The notes beneath the pieces were generated by a model, which was not told where the DNA came from, searched no databases, and was given only the letters and a program-made list of their open reading frames with translations. 64,000 nt of DNA. It comes from an uncultured Acidobacteriota bacterium. Its GTDB lineage: Bacteria > Acidobacteriota > Thermoanaerobaculia > UBA5066 > Gp7-AA6. Where the stretch lies: assembly GCA_963733955.1 (NCBI GenBank), contig CAVTEW010000001.1, forward strand, positions 328,005 to 392,004. Direction: 5' to 3'. Positions 19,107 to 28,935 of this stretch are shown piece after piece. The first letter of the stretch is position 1, and each line of letters opens with the position of its first letter. Both the position numbers and the translations under genes were made by a program.

Positions 19107-19583
19107 ATGAAAACCGAAAGAGCGACGTTTGCCGCGGGATGTTTCTGGGGAGTCGAAGCCGCCTTCCGGCAGGTGCCCGGCGTCGTGGCGACGACCGTGG
19201 GCTACACCGGGGGCCGCACGGAGAACCCGACCTACAAGGACGTGTGCACCGACCGAACCGGCCATGCCGAAGTGGTGGAAGTCGAGTTCGATCCTTCGCG
19301 CGTGACCTTCGGGAAGCTTCTCGAGGTCTTCTGGGGGGAGCACGACCCGACGCAGTTGAATCGGCAGGGGCCGGACGTCGGAACGCAATACCGCTCGGCC
19401 GTGTTCTTCCATTCGCCGGAGCAGCGGGCCGAGGCGGAGCGCTCGAAGAAGGCGCTGGAAGAGAGCGGTCGGTACGGCAGGCCGGTCGTGACGGAGATCG
19501 TTCCCGCGCCGGCGTTCTTCGCCGCCGAGGAATACCATCAGTGTTATCTGGAGAAACGCGGGCTCGCGACCTGCAAGATCTAG
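19107..19583 (+). CDS. msrA: Peptide methionine-S-sulfoxide reductase MsrA.
   Basis: FAAGCFWGVEAAF active-site motif plus the full MsrA fold (VGYTGG...YHQCYL). Active-site residue is Cys, not Sec. Confidence 0.9.
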   Translation: MKTERATFAAGCFWGVEAAFRQVPGVVATTVGYTGGRTENPTYKDVCTDRTGHAEVVEVEFDPSRVTFGKLLEVFWGEHDPTQLNRQGPDVGTQYRSAVFFHSPEQRAEAERSKKALEESGRYGRPVVTEIVPAPAFFAAEEYHQCYLEKRGLATCKI

Positions 19584-19987
19584 CGGGGCCGGCGTCCCGG
19601 GGGTATCATTGGGTCGTCGCACTCGATTCGCGACGGAGGCTCGTGGATGAAACGGGTTGTCTTGATCCCGATCGAACCGGGAAAGAAGAATTCCGAACGG
19701 CGGGGGGTGCAGCGACGCATGAGCGTGCCTCGGCGGGTCCGGCCGGCGCGCGCGGCGGCGGCCGCTCCGGCGCGCGGGGCCGCAAGCGCGTCCTCCGAGC
19801 GGAGGGACTCGGCCGATCGCCGGCGCCTTCCCGACCGTCGGCTCGGCCTGAAAATCGACATGGATTGGTCGGAGCTCGAGTAAAGATGCCGGCCGTCGCG
19901 GAGCGCTCCCCGGCCGGCTGATCCTGTTCCCTCTCGATCCCGCGGCGGACCTCGGGATTTCGGCGGTAAACTTTTTCTTGGAATTCG

Positions 19988-20482
19988 ATGGCTGACTGGG
20001 CTCGACTTTCCGACGAAGAATTGGCCCGGCGGGGACGCGACCTCGTCCGACGCCGACAGTATTCTCTGGGACAAGAGATTCTGGCCGAATATTGCTCACG
20101 CCAGGTCGCTCAGGATCGGGCGATCGGCGCGGCTGTCATGGCGGCGTACGGTCTGGCGATCGGCATGACCGGGGACCTGCAGGAAGGGCTGGAAACCTGC
20201 CAGCGGGCCCTTTCCGCCGATCGCCGCAACGCGGAAATCTGGGCGGCGGTCGCCCGCCTGGCCATGCACGCCGGAATCCGCAAGAAAGCCGTGGACGCGG
20301 TCGCGCGCGGCCTGGCCATGGCGCCCCGCAGCCGCGACCTGCTCGAGCTGCGCGATGCCCTGGGGGAGCGGCGACGCCCGGTGGTTCCGTTCCTCGGGCG
20401 CGACAACGCCGTCAACGTCCGTCTCGGCCGCGTCCTGCACCGCCTTCGCAAGAGCGGCCCGGGCGGAACGAAACCGGCCTGA
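19988..20482 (+). CDS. Hypothetical TPR-like helical protein.
   Basis: ORF with alpha-helical repeat character (AEIWAAVARLAMHAG...AVARGLAMAP). Confidence 0.4.
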   Translation: MADWARLSDEELARRGRDLVRRRQYSLGQEILAEYCSRQVAQDRAIGAAVMAAYGLAIGMTGDLQEGLETCQRALSADRRNAEIWAAVARLAMHAGIRKKAVDAVARGLAMAPRSRDLLELRDALGERRRPVVPFLGRDNAVNVRLGRVLHRLRKSGPGGTKPA

Positions 20483-20554
20483 CCGGGCCGTCGGGGGCGA
20501 TCCTCTGAGACGCCTCGAGGTGCCCGAGCGCTTGATCCGTTCTTCTGACTTGTC

Positions 20555-20588
20555 TCGTCACTGGTCACTGGTCACTGGTCACTCGTCA
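20555..20588. repeat. Heptanucleotide tandem repeat (TCACTGG), about 4.5 units, immediately upstream of glpK.
   Basis: Sequence cactggtcactggtcactggtcactcgtcactg. Confidence 0.75.
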
Positions 20589-20595
20589 CTGAATC

Positions 20596-22101
20596 ATGCG
20601 TGACTACATCGCGGCCATCGACCAGGGGACCACCGGGACGCGCTGCATCCTGTTCGACCGCGAGGGGCGCCCGGCCGCCTCCGCGTACCGGGAGCACCGG
20701 CAGATTCTTCCGCAGCCCGGCTGGGTGGAGCACGATGCGTCGGAGATCTGGGATCGGACCGGACAGGTCGTCGCCGAGGCTCTGCGCGCGGTCCCTCGGG
20801 GCCGGGTGCTCGCCGTCGGCGTGACCAATCAGCGCGAAACGGTCGTGGCCTGGGACCGCCGCGACGGGCGTCCGCTGTTCCACGCCATCGTCTGGCAGGA
20901 CACCCGGACGGCGCAGCGCTGCCGGCTCTGGATCGAGCAGGGGTGGGAAGAGGACGTCCGGGAGCGCACCGGACTGCCGATCTCGACCTACTTCTCGGCC
21001 AGCAAGATCGGATGGCTCCTCGAACACGTCGAGGGACTCCGCGATCTCGCCGCCGCGGGGCACGCCTGCGTCGGCACGATGGACGCCTGGATCATCTGGA
21101 ACCTGACCGGAGGGGCGCGCGGGGGAGCCCTGGTGACGGACCCGACCAACGCGTCCCGGACTCTGCTCTGCAATCTCGCCGGGCTCTCGTGGGATCCCGT
21201 CCTGCTCGATCGGTTCGGAGTGTCCGAGAGCCTGCTTCCGGCGATCCGGCCGTCGGTGGCCGGGGAGCCCTACGGGCAGACATCCCGGGAAGGGCCGTTC
21301 GGCGCGGCGATTCCCGTCTGCGGCGATCTCGGCGACCAGCAGGCTGCGCTCTTCGGACAGGCCTGCTTCGCCGCGGGCGCCGCCAAGAACACCTACGGCA
21401 CGGGATCGTTTCTTCTGCAGCACACCGGCGAGATCCCGCCCAGGAGCGTCTCCGGGCTCCTGGCCACGGCGGCCGGCGCGACCGGCGGGGAACGCGCCTA
21501 CGCGTTGGAAGGCGCCGTGGCGGTCACAGGCTCCGCGGTGCAGTGGCTCCGGGACGGCCTGGGGCTCATCGCCAGCGCCGCGGAGACCGAGGCCGTCGCC
21601 GGAACCGTTCCCGACGCCGGAGGGGTGTACTTCGTTCCCGCATTCTCGGGTCTCTTCGCGCCGTACTGGGACATGCGCGCCCGCGGCGCCATCGTGGGCC
21701 TGACCCGCTTCGCGTCCAGGGCCCACCTGGTCCGGGCCACGCTCGAGGCCATTTGTTTCCAGACCCGGGAAGTGGCCGACGCGATGGCCGCCGACTGCGG
21801 ACGGCCTCTGGACGTCCTCAAGGTGGACGGGGGCGCGAGCGTCAACGACCTGCTCATGCAGATGCAGGCCGACATCCTCGGCGCGCCGGTTCTCCGACCC
21901 GTGGTTCGAGAGACGACCGCGCTCGGCGCCGCCTTCGCCGCCGGGTTGGGCGCCGGAGTCTTCGCTACCCCGCGCGAGCTGACGCGCCTGTGGAGGGCGG
22001 AGCGCACGTTCGAGCCCTCCTGGGACGACGGCCGCCGCGAGCAGGCCCTGCGCGGATGGAAACGCGCGGTCGAACGGTCGCGCGACTGGTTGGAAGAGTG
22101 A
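20596..22101 (+). CDS. glpK: Glycerol kinase.
   Basis: MRDYIAAIDQGTTGTRCILFD... has the FGGY N-terminal and C-terminal domains and the GTGSF and GGAS motifs. Length ~500 aa. Confidence 0.9.
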   Translation: MRDYIAAIDQGTTGTRCILFDREGRPAASAYREHRQILPQPGWVEHDASEIWDRTGQVVAEALRAVPRGRVLAVGVTNQRETVVAWDRRDGRPLFHAIVWQDTRTAQRCRLWIEQGWEEDVRERTGLPISTYFSASKIGWLLEHVEGLRDLAAAGHACVGTMDAWIIWNLTGGARGGALVTDPTNASRTLLCNLAGLSWDPVLLDRFGVSESLLPAIRPSVAGEPYGQTSREGPFGAAIPVCGDLGDQQAALFGQACFAAGAAKNTYGTGSFLLQHTGEIPPRSVSGLLATAAGATGGERAYALEGAVAVTGSAVQWLRDGLGLIASAAETEAVAGTVPDAGGVYFVPAFSGLFAPYWDMRARGAIVGLTRFASRAHLVRATLEAICFQTREVADAMAADCGRPLDVLKVDGGASVNDLLMQMQADILGAPVLRPVVRETTALGAAFAAGLGAGVFATPRELTRLWRAERTFEPSWDDGRREQALRGWKRAVERSRDWLEE

Positions 22102-22119
22102 CGGCCGACGGGCCGGACC

Positions 22120-22854
22120 TCAGGAGGTCGGACTCGCGGCGACCGTGGCCATCCACTTCTCGAACGCCGCGAGGTCGTCCCCTTTGAGGCGGCGCCGGAC
22201 CCCGGCGGCATGGGTCGAGAGCACCGAGGGATCGTCGAAGGGCAGACGCTCGTACATTCGGCCTCCCTTCTCATGGCAGAGGCAGCGGCGCGCGACCACG
22301 GGCCGCACCACGGCCTGGAAGAGATCCACCCCGGCGGCCGCGGCGCTCGGGATCTCCGGCGGCGCCTGGCGCAGATAGCCGTCCGCGTGCGCGCCGTTCC
22401 CGCACGCGCCGGCGCCGGCCGCGTGCGTGAAGTGGACGAGGTCCCGCCCGCGGCTCGGATGCACGTACTCGCCCTTGATCTCCAGCCGATCTCCCGGCTG
22501 CGCCTCCAGCCAGGCTCCTCCGCAGGTCAGGTCGTGAACGACGTGCACCGGCCCGGCCATGTCGACGGCGGGTCCGGCGCCGGCGGGCTGAGCGGAGAGG
22601 ACGCGCACGTCGAGCTCTTCGAACTCCCGGGAATTGGCGTGCCGGGTTCGGCGCGGCGCGGCTTCGACGCGGACGATCGCGGTGATCTCGACGTGCGGAC
22701 TGCGGCGGTGCGTTCGGGCCGGCGAAAGGGCCGGAGCGCAGACTGCGGAGGCGCACAAGACCAGCAGGACCGAGACGGACCGACCGCGCACCGCGTCATT
22801 CTCGCGCAAGCGCCGGAATGGTGTCTCGGGGGACATGTCGCAGAGACAAGACAC
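22120..22854 (-). CDS. Hypothetical exported protein.
   Basis: Long ORF with a hydrophobic N-terminus (SVSVLLVLCASAVCAPALS). No confident domain call. Confidence 0.35.
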   Translation of the reverse strand: MSCLCDMSPETPFRRLRENDAVRGRSVSVLLVLCASAVCAPALSPARTHRRSPHVEITAIVRVEAAPRRTRHANSREFEELDVRVLSAQPAGAGPAVDMAGPVHVVHDLTCGGAWLEAQPGDRLEIKGEYVHPSRGRDLVHFTHAAGAGACGNGAHADGYLRQAPPEIPSAAAAGVDLFQAVVRPVVARRCLCHEKGGRMYERLPFDDPSVLSTHAAGVRRRLKGDDLAAFEKWMATVAASPTS

Positions 22855-22940
22855 GACGCGTTTTACTGCGGTAACTCTCGCCCTGCGAGGCGTTTGCGAA
22901 TCCGCCGGGCTGGCACCGGCATTGCGATGAAGAGCCGCAG

Positions 22941-23474
22941 ATGCACCCCAGAGATCGGCGACCGCGGCAGGCCGGCTTCACGTTGATCGAAGTTCTGATC
23001 ACCGTCTCGGTGATCGGAATCCTCGCGGGGATCGCCCTTCCGGGATTGCATCGGGCCATTCGCAGCGCCAAGCAGCGCCAGACCATGTGCGACATGCGCA
23101 CGCTGGGCGCGGCCCTGGAAGCCTATGCCGTCGACCACAACGTGTATCCGGCGGCGTCGGGCTCCTGCGTTCCGGGCATCGCGTTTCCGCCCGCGGAACC
23201 TCTGAAACCGAACGCCTTCGCGGGCCTGGTGCCCACCTACATCGCGCATTCGCCTTTGCGCGACGGATGGGGCCGCGTGTTCGGCTACTCGCTGGACGCC
23301 TCCGGCGAGTTCTACCTCATCCAATCCCGGGGCGAGGACGGCGACGAGTTCGAAAAGCTGCTCTGCGGCCCGACGGAAGACTTCAACGACGACATCGCCT
23401 ACTCCAACGGCAACTTCGTTCAGTGGCCGTCGGGAGGAATTCCTCCCAGCACGCTGTCGAAGCTGGTGCCGTAA
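22941..23474 (+). CDS. Prepilin-type N-terminal cleavage/methylation domain protein (GspG-like pseudopilin / type IV pilin-like).
   Basis: RQAGFTLIEVLITVSVIGILAGIALP is the class III signal peptide / N-methylation motif (G-FTLIEV). The C-terminal part is GspG-like. Confidence 0.8.
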   Translation: MHPRDRRPRQAGFTLIEVLITVSVIGILAGIALPGLHRAIRSAKQRQTMCDMRTLGAALEAYAVDHNVYPAASGSCVPGIAFPPAEPLKPNAFAGLVPTYIAHSPLRDGWGRVFGYSLDASGEFYLIQSRGEDGDEFEKLLCGPTEDFNDDIAYSNGNFVQWPSGGIPPSTLSKLVP

Positions 23475-23485
23475 CCGTCGCCTCC

Positions 23486-23600
23486 GCTGCGCTCTCGATC
23501 TGCGCCTTCGGCGCACCGGCGTTTGGCTCGCCCAAAGGGGCTCGACCAAACGCCTGACCGCTCGCTGCGCTTCGGCTCCCGCGGCGCGCGCCTGCTCCTT
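23486..23600. repeat. Structured intergenic repeat element, copy 1, placed directly after the pseudopilin stop codon. It has two hairpins and is followed by CCTCACG heptamer repeats at ~23700-23736.
   Basis: Hairpin 1 is tgcgcc-ttcg-ggcgca (UUCG loop). Hairpin 2 is GGCGTTTGG...CCAAACGCC, a 9-bp perfect stem. The 3' end is gctcccgcggcgcgcgcc. The element is homologous to 25447-25572. Confidence 0.6.
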
Positions 23601-24030
23601 CGCTTCCGCTCAGGAGACTACGCGCGCCGCGAGCTTTAGGACGTGTAGGTAGATTCGAGAATTCGATTGACTAGGGTTTGAGAGGGCGTTCTCGGCTCCT
23701 CACTCCTCACGCCTCACGCCTCACGCGCCTCGAATCAATCCCTGTCGCGGTCGCCGGGGACGACGGTGATCACGCCCATCATCGGGAGAGCCCGCCGGGC
23801 TGCCCTTCGCCGAGGGCGTCGGAGCGAACCAGCACTTTCCGTGTCCAAAACCCACCGAAAACGAGACATCACGCCTTCACTCTTTCATTTTTCTCGGGAG
23901 GAGCTGTTCCCGGGCGGGAGTCTTCCGATCTGGGCGGGCCCTGGGAGGCCGGGTGGTGGACCTTCAGCGTGAAACCGGAATCACCGGTTTTCGTACCAGC
24001 GAACACCGAATGCACTCGAAGGAGGACACG

Positions 24031-25080
24031 ATGTCACATTCCCTGCTCTCTCGACGCCTGGTTCCGGCGGCCGTTTGCCTGGCCGTCGCGGCATCGGTCG
24101 AGGCCCAGGCGCCCCTGAGGCTGCCGCAAGCCAGTCCCGCCGCGGTGGTCAGTCAGACGGTCGGCCTGACCGAGATCGAGATCTCCTACCACCGGCCGGC
24201 GGTCAACGGCCGGAAAGTCTGGGGAGGCCTGGTGCCCTACGGCGAACCCTGGCGCGCAGGCGCCAACGAGAACACCACGATTCGATTTTCCACGCCGGTG
24301 AAGGTCGAGGGCCAGCCGCTCGCAGCGGGCGCCTACGGCCTTCACATGATTCCCGGCGAGAAGGAATGGGCGATCGCGTTCTCCAAAGTGAGTTGGGCCT
24401 GGGGCAGCTTCAGCTATGACGCGAAGGAGGACGCGCTGCGAGTCACCGCGGCTCCCCACGAGGCGCCCTTCGAGGAGCGTCTCTCCTACCGCTTCGACGA
24501 TCCGACCGACACCGCGGTCACGGCGACCCTTCGCTGGGAAAAGATGGCGATTCCGTTCCGGGTGGAGGTCGACACGCCGGCGGTCGTGGTCGAGGACCTG
24601 CGCAACCAGCTGCGCGGCCTGCCGCGCTTTTCCTGGCAGGGATGGAACCAGGCGGCGGCCTACTGCGCGCAGCACGGCGTCAACCTCGACGAGGCCTTGA
24701 AATGGTCCGACCAGTCGATCGGCCTCAACGAAAACTTCCAGAACCTGCGGGTCAAGGCCACGCTTCTGGAGAAGAAAGGCGATGCCAAGACCGCCGAAGC
24801 GCTTCGGGCGCGATCCTTCAAGATCGCCACGGAAGTCGACCTGAATCTCTACGGCTACCAGCTGATGGGACAGAAGAAGCTCGAAGACGCGATCGCGATC
24901 TTCCAGCGCAACGCGAGCGAGCATCCGCAGTCCTGGAACGTGTGGGACAGCCTGGCCGAGGGCTATGCCACGGCCGGAAACAAGAAGGCGGCCATCGACA
25001 ACTACTCCAAGGCGCTGGGCATGGCGCCGGAAACGCAGCACAAGCGCATCGAAGAGGCCATCGCCACGCTCAAGGCCTAA
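24031..25080 (+). CDS. Secreted DUF2911 domain protein with C-terminal TPR repeats.
   Basis: AAGGAGGA RBS. Signal peptide MSHSLLSRRLVPAAVCLAVAASVEAQA. DUF2911-like N-terminal half (ISYHRPAVNGRKVWGGLVPYGEPWRAGANENTTI...). TPR-like C-terminus (YGYQLMGQKKLEDAIAIFQRN...). Confidence 0.65.
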   Translation: MSHSLLSRRLVPAAVCLAVAASVEAQAPLRLPQASPAAVVSQTVGLTEIEISYHRPAVNGRKVWGGLVPYGEPWRAGANENTTIRFSTPVKVEGQPLAAGAYGLHMIPGEKEWAIAFSKVSWAWGSFSYDAKEDALRVTAAPHEAPFEERLSYRFDDPTDTAVTATLRWEKMAIPFRVEVDTPAVVVEDLRNQLRGLPRFSWQGWNQAAAYCAQHGVNLDEALKWSDQSIGLNENFQNLRVKATLLEKKGDAKTAEALRARSFKIATEVDLNLYGYQLMGQKKLEDAIAIFQRNASEHPQSWNVWDSLAEGYATAGNKKAAIDNYSKALGMAPETQHKRIEEAIATLKA

Positions 25081-25211
25081 CCGAGGGCACCCCGGGGCCG
25101 GCGGTGTCTCCGGGGGGGCCTCCTTCTCCGGGGAGATGGGCGGTCCGGCGGCTGCTGGTCTCCGGTTCGCTTTTTGCATGAGGCAGGGGCGGCGCGACAG
25201 TCTTAGCAGCA

Positions 25212-25442
25212 ATGCAACCGCAGACCACCAAGCTCCTCCGGCGACGATGCAGGCGATGCCGAACGACCTACTTGAACGAAGTGCCGGGGGTGCTCAAGGG
25301 GGGCGAGTTCTGGCCGAGCCGGTGCCCGACGTGCGGCCGGCTCGAAGTGGACTTCATCGCCGAGGCCAACTGGGTCGACGAAGGGGCGACCGGCGTCGTT
25401 CCCCTCGCGGCGCGGCCAGCGGAGGCGTGGAAGGCGCGATAA
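25212..25442 (+). CDS. Small CxxC...CxxC zinc-ribbon protein.
   Basis: ORF reads RRRCRRCRTTY...SRCPTCGRLE. A copy of the structured repeat element begins right after its stop. Confidence 0.4.
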   Translation: MQPQTTKLLRRRCRRCRTTYLNEVPGVLKGGEFWPSRCPTCGRLEVDFIAEANWVDEGATGVVPLAARPAEAWKAR

Positions 25443-25446
25443 GGCC

Positions 25447-25572
25447 GTCGCTCCCGCTTGCTCCGGATCTGCGCCCTCTGGGCGCACCGGTCCGCGGCTC
25501 GGCCGGATGCGGGCTCGACCGCGGCCCTGATCCGTCGCTGCGCTCTCGCTCCCGCGGCGCGCGCCTCCCGCC
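25447..25572. repeat. Structured intergenic repeat element, copy 2, followed by CCTCCCG/CCTCACG heptamer repeats at 25563-25610.
   Basis: Hairpin 1 is tgcgccc-tct-gggcgca. Hairpin 2 is GGTCCGCGG...CCGCGGCCC. Both sides of stem 2 are changed relative to copy 1, a compensatory substitution. The 3' end gctcccgcggcgcgcgcc is shared. Confidence 0.6.
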
Positions 25573-25586
25573 TCCCGCCTCCCGCG

Positions 25587-25988
25587 TCACGCCTCATACC
25601 TCACGCCCGGCAGGAGTTTCTTTGGGGCCACGGCGCGGTAGCTTTCCGCGATCCAGGTCTTGAGGATCTCGGTCGGCGGATCGTCGCCCGCCGAAAACGA
25701 CGCGGTCACCCAACCCGACTTTCCGAGTCCGTAGCCGGTCGGCTTGGTGAAGGGCAGGTCGAGCGCCGCCTCGCGCGACTCGGAGAGCTTGACGGACATG
25801 CCCATGGGCCCGCCGGGAATCGGATCGGCCCCCAGGAAGACGAACACCTTCCCACGCACTTTGACGACCCGTTCGCCCCACGGAAAATCCTCGGCCGCCT
25901 CGGGAAAGCCCAGGGCGAACCGGCGCAGCTCGCGGGAGGCGCGCGCGAGGGCGGTCCCGGCGCCCCGGGACGGGTTCGACGGCTTCAC
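25587..25988 (-). CDS. MmcQ/YjbR family DNA-binding protein.
   Basis: [31 protein letters not shown]...[17 protein letters not shown] is the YjbR fold signature. GTG start overlaps the upstream stop (GTGA). Confidence 0.65.
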   Translation of the reverse strand: MKPSNPSRGAGTALARASRELRRFALGFPEAAEDFPWGERVVKVRGKVFVFLGADPIPGGPMGMSVKLSESREAALDLPFTKPTGYGLGKSGWVTASFSAGDDPPTEILKTWIAESYRAVAPKKLLPGVRYEA

Positions 25989-26587
25989 GCGAAGCGCCGC
26001 GCGTCCAGAATCTCTCCCGTGGCGCTGCCCTCCACGCAGTCCACGTACGCCAGGGCCAGCCTGTCCGCCGGAAGGCCGCCGGCCGGATCTCGGCCCATGG
26101 CGGCCAACGTCTCGGCGACCCAGGGGGGGCGGACCGCGTTGATCCGGATCTTCCGCGGCATCTCCAGCGCCGCCGCGCGGCAAAAGGCCTCCACGGCGGC
26201 GTTGACCGGAGAGATCGCCGCGCTTCCCGGCGTGGGCTCGACCGAGAGCACGCCGCTCGTGAGGGTGAAGGATCCGGCGTCGCGCGCGTGTTCCAGGCCC
26301 AGACGCACGAGGTTGATCTGGCCCATTTCTTTGCTGTCCAGACCGAGCCGGAAGTCTTCTTCGCTCAGGCTCATGAGCGGGCCGAATTTCGCCAGTCCTG
26401 CCGCGCAAATCAGCGCGTCGAAACATCCGATCCCGTCATAGAGCCGGCGGATGGAGTCCGCCGAGCCGATGTCGACCCGGCGCTCGGCGCGCGTGCGCGC
26501 CACCGGAACGACCTCATGGCGTCCCTCGAGCGCCCCAACCACGGCCGCTCCGATCGTCCCGCTGGCTCCGACCACGACGACGCGCAT
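25985..26587 (-). CDS. Short-chain dehydrogenase/reductase (atypical NAD(P)-binding Rossmann protein).
   Basis: [20 protein letters not shown] is the N-terminal TGxxxGxG-type motif. Length ~200 aa. Confidence 0.65.
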   Translation of the reverse strand: MRVVVVGASGTIGAAVVGALEGRHEVVPVARTRAERRVDIGSADSIRRLYDGIGCFDALICAAGLAKFGPLMSLSEEDFRLGLDSKEMGQINLVRLGLEHARDAGSFTLTSGVLSVEPTPGSAAISPVNAAVEAFCRAAALEMPRKIRINAVRPPWVAETLAAMGRDPAGGLPADRLALAYVDCVEGSATGEILDARRFA

Positions 26588-26802
26588 AGATTCCTCCGCG
26601 CTCCGATTCTATGGCCCCGCCGCGGGAGCCCCCGCAGGAGCCGCCGGCGAGGCGGGAGCCGCATACGCGCTCCGGCCCATCCTCGATTCAGGAAAACACG
26701 AGGGCACATCCGCCGCGCCGGCGCCGCGCCGCGGGCTCCGGGAATAAAACCCCGGCCCGCGGAAATCGTTATGTGAGGCAGGAGTCGTCTGGAGTTGAAA
26801 TC

Positions 26803-28896
26803 ATGGAAGTCCTGAGCCGTTCGATTCCCCGCCCGGTGCCCTCCCGCGAGGAGAGGCTGGGCCTGGTCCTCTCCGCGATCGCGCGGACGATGGCCGAGAG
26901 CCTGGAGCTCAAGGACATCTTCGCGCGCGTCGCCGAGGCCACCCGACAGGTCCTGCCGTTCGAAACCATGGGAGTCAGCGTGGTCCACGACCCCTCGACC
27001 CCGTTCGAAAACGTGGACGACGTCGCGTTCTCGGCGTACGCGGTCGCGGGCAACGCCACGGTCGAGGAGATCGGGCAGTACCGGAGGTCCGACGTTTCGC
27101 CCGGTGTGCGCCTGACCGAGTTCGGAAAAGTGTCGCGTTACGCCGACGTCTCGGCGGTGCTCGATCCGGCGTTCCTTCTCGACCGCCGGATCCAAAGCCT
27201 CGATTGCCGGTCCCTCATGGCCAGCCTCCTTCCGGCGGCGCGCCCGCTCGGCACGATCTGGTTTGCCTCGTCGCAGGCCGGAGCCTTCGATCGAGAGGAC
27301 GAGGCCGCGGTCCTCGCCATCGCGGACCTCGTCGCCATCGCGCTCCAGCACGACCAGCTTTTCCGGCAGGAGCGGGACCGGCGGCGCAGGAGCGAGGCGC
27401 TGGAGGCGCTGCTGCCGACGCTGTCGAAGGCGCTGGACATCCGGGACGTCTTCGATCAGCTTTCCGACGCCATCGGAGAGATCCTGCCGCACGACCGGCT
27501 GGCGCTGGGCCTCTTCTCCGAGGACCGCAAGACGGTGCGGGTCCACGCCTACACCGGCGAGCGCGTGCCCGATCTCCCGGAGACCATCTCCGTCGACGGC
27601 GATCCGGCCACCGACGCGGACTGGACCTTCTTCCTCGTCCGGGACCTGCGGCAGGAGCCCGGGTGCTGCGGCGGCAAGTACGAGACCATGAAACAGGACG
27701 GGATGCGGTCGCTTCTGCGCGTCCCGGTGCGCCTCAACGGGGAGATCGTGGGGGGCCTGAATTTCCTCTCCCGGACGGTCGGACAGTACCGCGAAGAGGA
27801 CGCCGACATCGCGCGCCGGATCGCCGATCAGGTCGCCCTCGTGCTCTCGCACGAAAAGCTGGCCGAGGAGGCGCGGCTGGCCGCGGCGGCGCGGGAAGAG
27901 GCGCAGCGGCTGGAGAGTCGCCTGGCCGCCCTCTCCGAGCAGCTGGCGTCCTACATGGGCGACCCGCGGAGAATCATCGGGAAGTCGAAGAGCTGGCGCG
28001 AGGTGCTCGACCTCGTCTCCAAGGTCGCGCCGACGGAGACGACCGTGCTCCTGACCGGCGAGTCCGGCACCGGAAAAGAAGTCGTGGCGCGCGCGGTCCA
28101 TGCCGCCTCGCCGCGCTCGGACAAGCCCTTTCTGGCCATCAACTGCGCCGCGCTTCCCGAGCAGCTCCTGGAATCCGAGCTCTTCGGATACGAGCGCGGC
28201 GCGTTCACCGGCGCTCTGCAATCCCGCGCCGGGAAGATCGAGCAGGCCGCCGGAGGCGTGCTCTTCCTGGACGAAGTCGCCGAGATGTCTCCGGCCGTCC
28301 AGGCCAAGTTCCTGCGCGTGCTCCAGGAGCGCGAGTTCCAGAGGCTGGGCGGCTCGCGCGTGCAGAAGGCGGACGTCCGGGTCATCGCGGCGACCAACCG
28401 CGATCTCTCCGCCGCGCTCGCGCGCGGAGACTTTCGCGAGGACCTCTACTACCGCCTGAGCGTCTTCGGAATCGCGCTGCCTCCGCTGCGTGAGAGGAAG
28501 GACGACATCCTGCCGCTGGCGGAGGCCTTCGCCGAGGAGATCGGGAAGACGGTCAGCCGGCCCTGCGCGGGCATTTCCCGGGACGCCGGGGCGGCCCTGC
28601 TCGCCTACTCCTGGCCCGGGAACGTGCGGGAGCTGCGCAACGCGATCGAGCGGGCCATCATCCTCTGCGACGGCGGCCTGATCACCGCCGAGCACCTGCC
28701 CGCGCCGAAATCGGGAAACGGCAAGAGCGCCGGGCCGCCGGCGCCGCCGCCCGATCAGAACCTCTCAGACGTCGAGCGCAGCCTCGTGGAAAACGCCTTG
28801 AAGGAGGCGCGGAACAACAAGGCCCTGGCCGCCCGGCGCCTGGGCATCACCCGTTCGCAGCTCTACTCGCGCATCCAGAAATACAGCATCACCTGA
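26803..28896 (+). CDS. Sigma-54-dependent transcriptional activator with two N-terminal GAF domains, an AAA+ sigma-54 interaction domain and a C-terminal Fis-type HTH.
   Basis: Central domain motifs: [15 protein letters not shown] (Walker A), GAFTGA, and [15 protein letters not shown]-like context. C-terminus ends [20 protein letters not shown] (HTH_8). Confidence 0.85.
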   Translation: MEVLSRSIPRPVPSREERLGLVLSAIARTMAESLELKDIFARVAEATRQVLPFETMGVSVVHDPSTPFENVDDVAFSAYAVAGNATVEEIGQYRRSDVSPGVRLTEFGKVSRYADVSAVLDPAFLLDRRIQSLDCRSLMASLLPAARPLGTIWFASSQAGAFDREDEAAVLAIADLVAIALQHDQLFRQERDRRRRSEALEALLPTLSKALDIRDVFDQLSDAIGEILPHDRLALGLFSEDRKTVRVHAYTGERVPDLPETISVDGDPATDADWTFFLVRDLRQEPGCCGGKYETMKQDGMRSLLRVPVRLNGEIVGGLNFLSRTVGQYREEDADIARRIADQVALVLSHEKLAEEARLAAAAREEAQRLESRLAALSEQLASYMGDPRRIIGKSKSWREVLDLVSKVAPTETTVLLTGESGTGKEVVARAVHAASPRSDKPFLAINCAALPEQLLESELFGYERGAFTGALQSRAGKIEQAAGGVLFLDEVAEMSPAVQAKFLRVLQEREFQRLGGSRVQKADVRVIAATNRDLSAALARGDFREDLYYRLSVFGIALPPLRERKDDILPLAEAFAEEIGKTVSRPCAGISRDAGAALLAYSWPGNVRELRNAIERAIILCDGGLITAEHLPAPKSGNGKSAGPPAPPPDQNLSDVERSLVENALKEARNNKALAARRLGITRSQLYSRIQKYSIT

Positions 28897-28935
28897 GCCG
28901 TCCGGATCGGTCCTGGATTCCGGTCGGCCGCGGCC

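Noticed and set aside
19647-19883. 78-aa ORF MKRVVLIPIEPGKKNSERRG... downstream of msrA.
   Set aside because: No RBS and Arg/Ala-rich low-complexity sequence. Insufficient support.
19101-20099. 332-aa minus-strand ORF antisense to msrA and the TPR-like gene.
   Set aside because: No start context and an Arg/Pro-rich, non-protein-like composition. msrA on the opposite strand is unambiguous.
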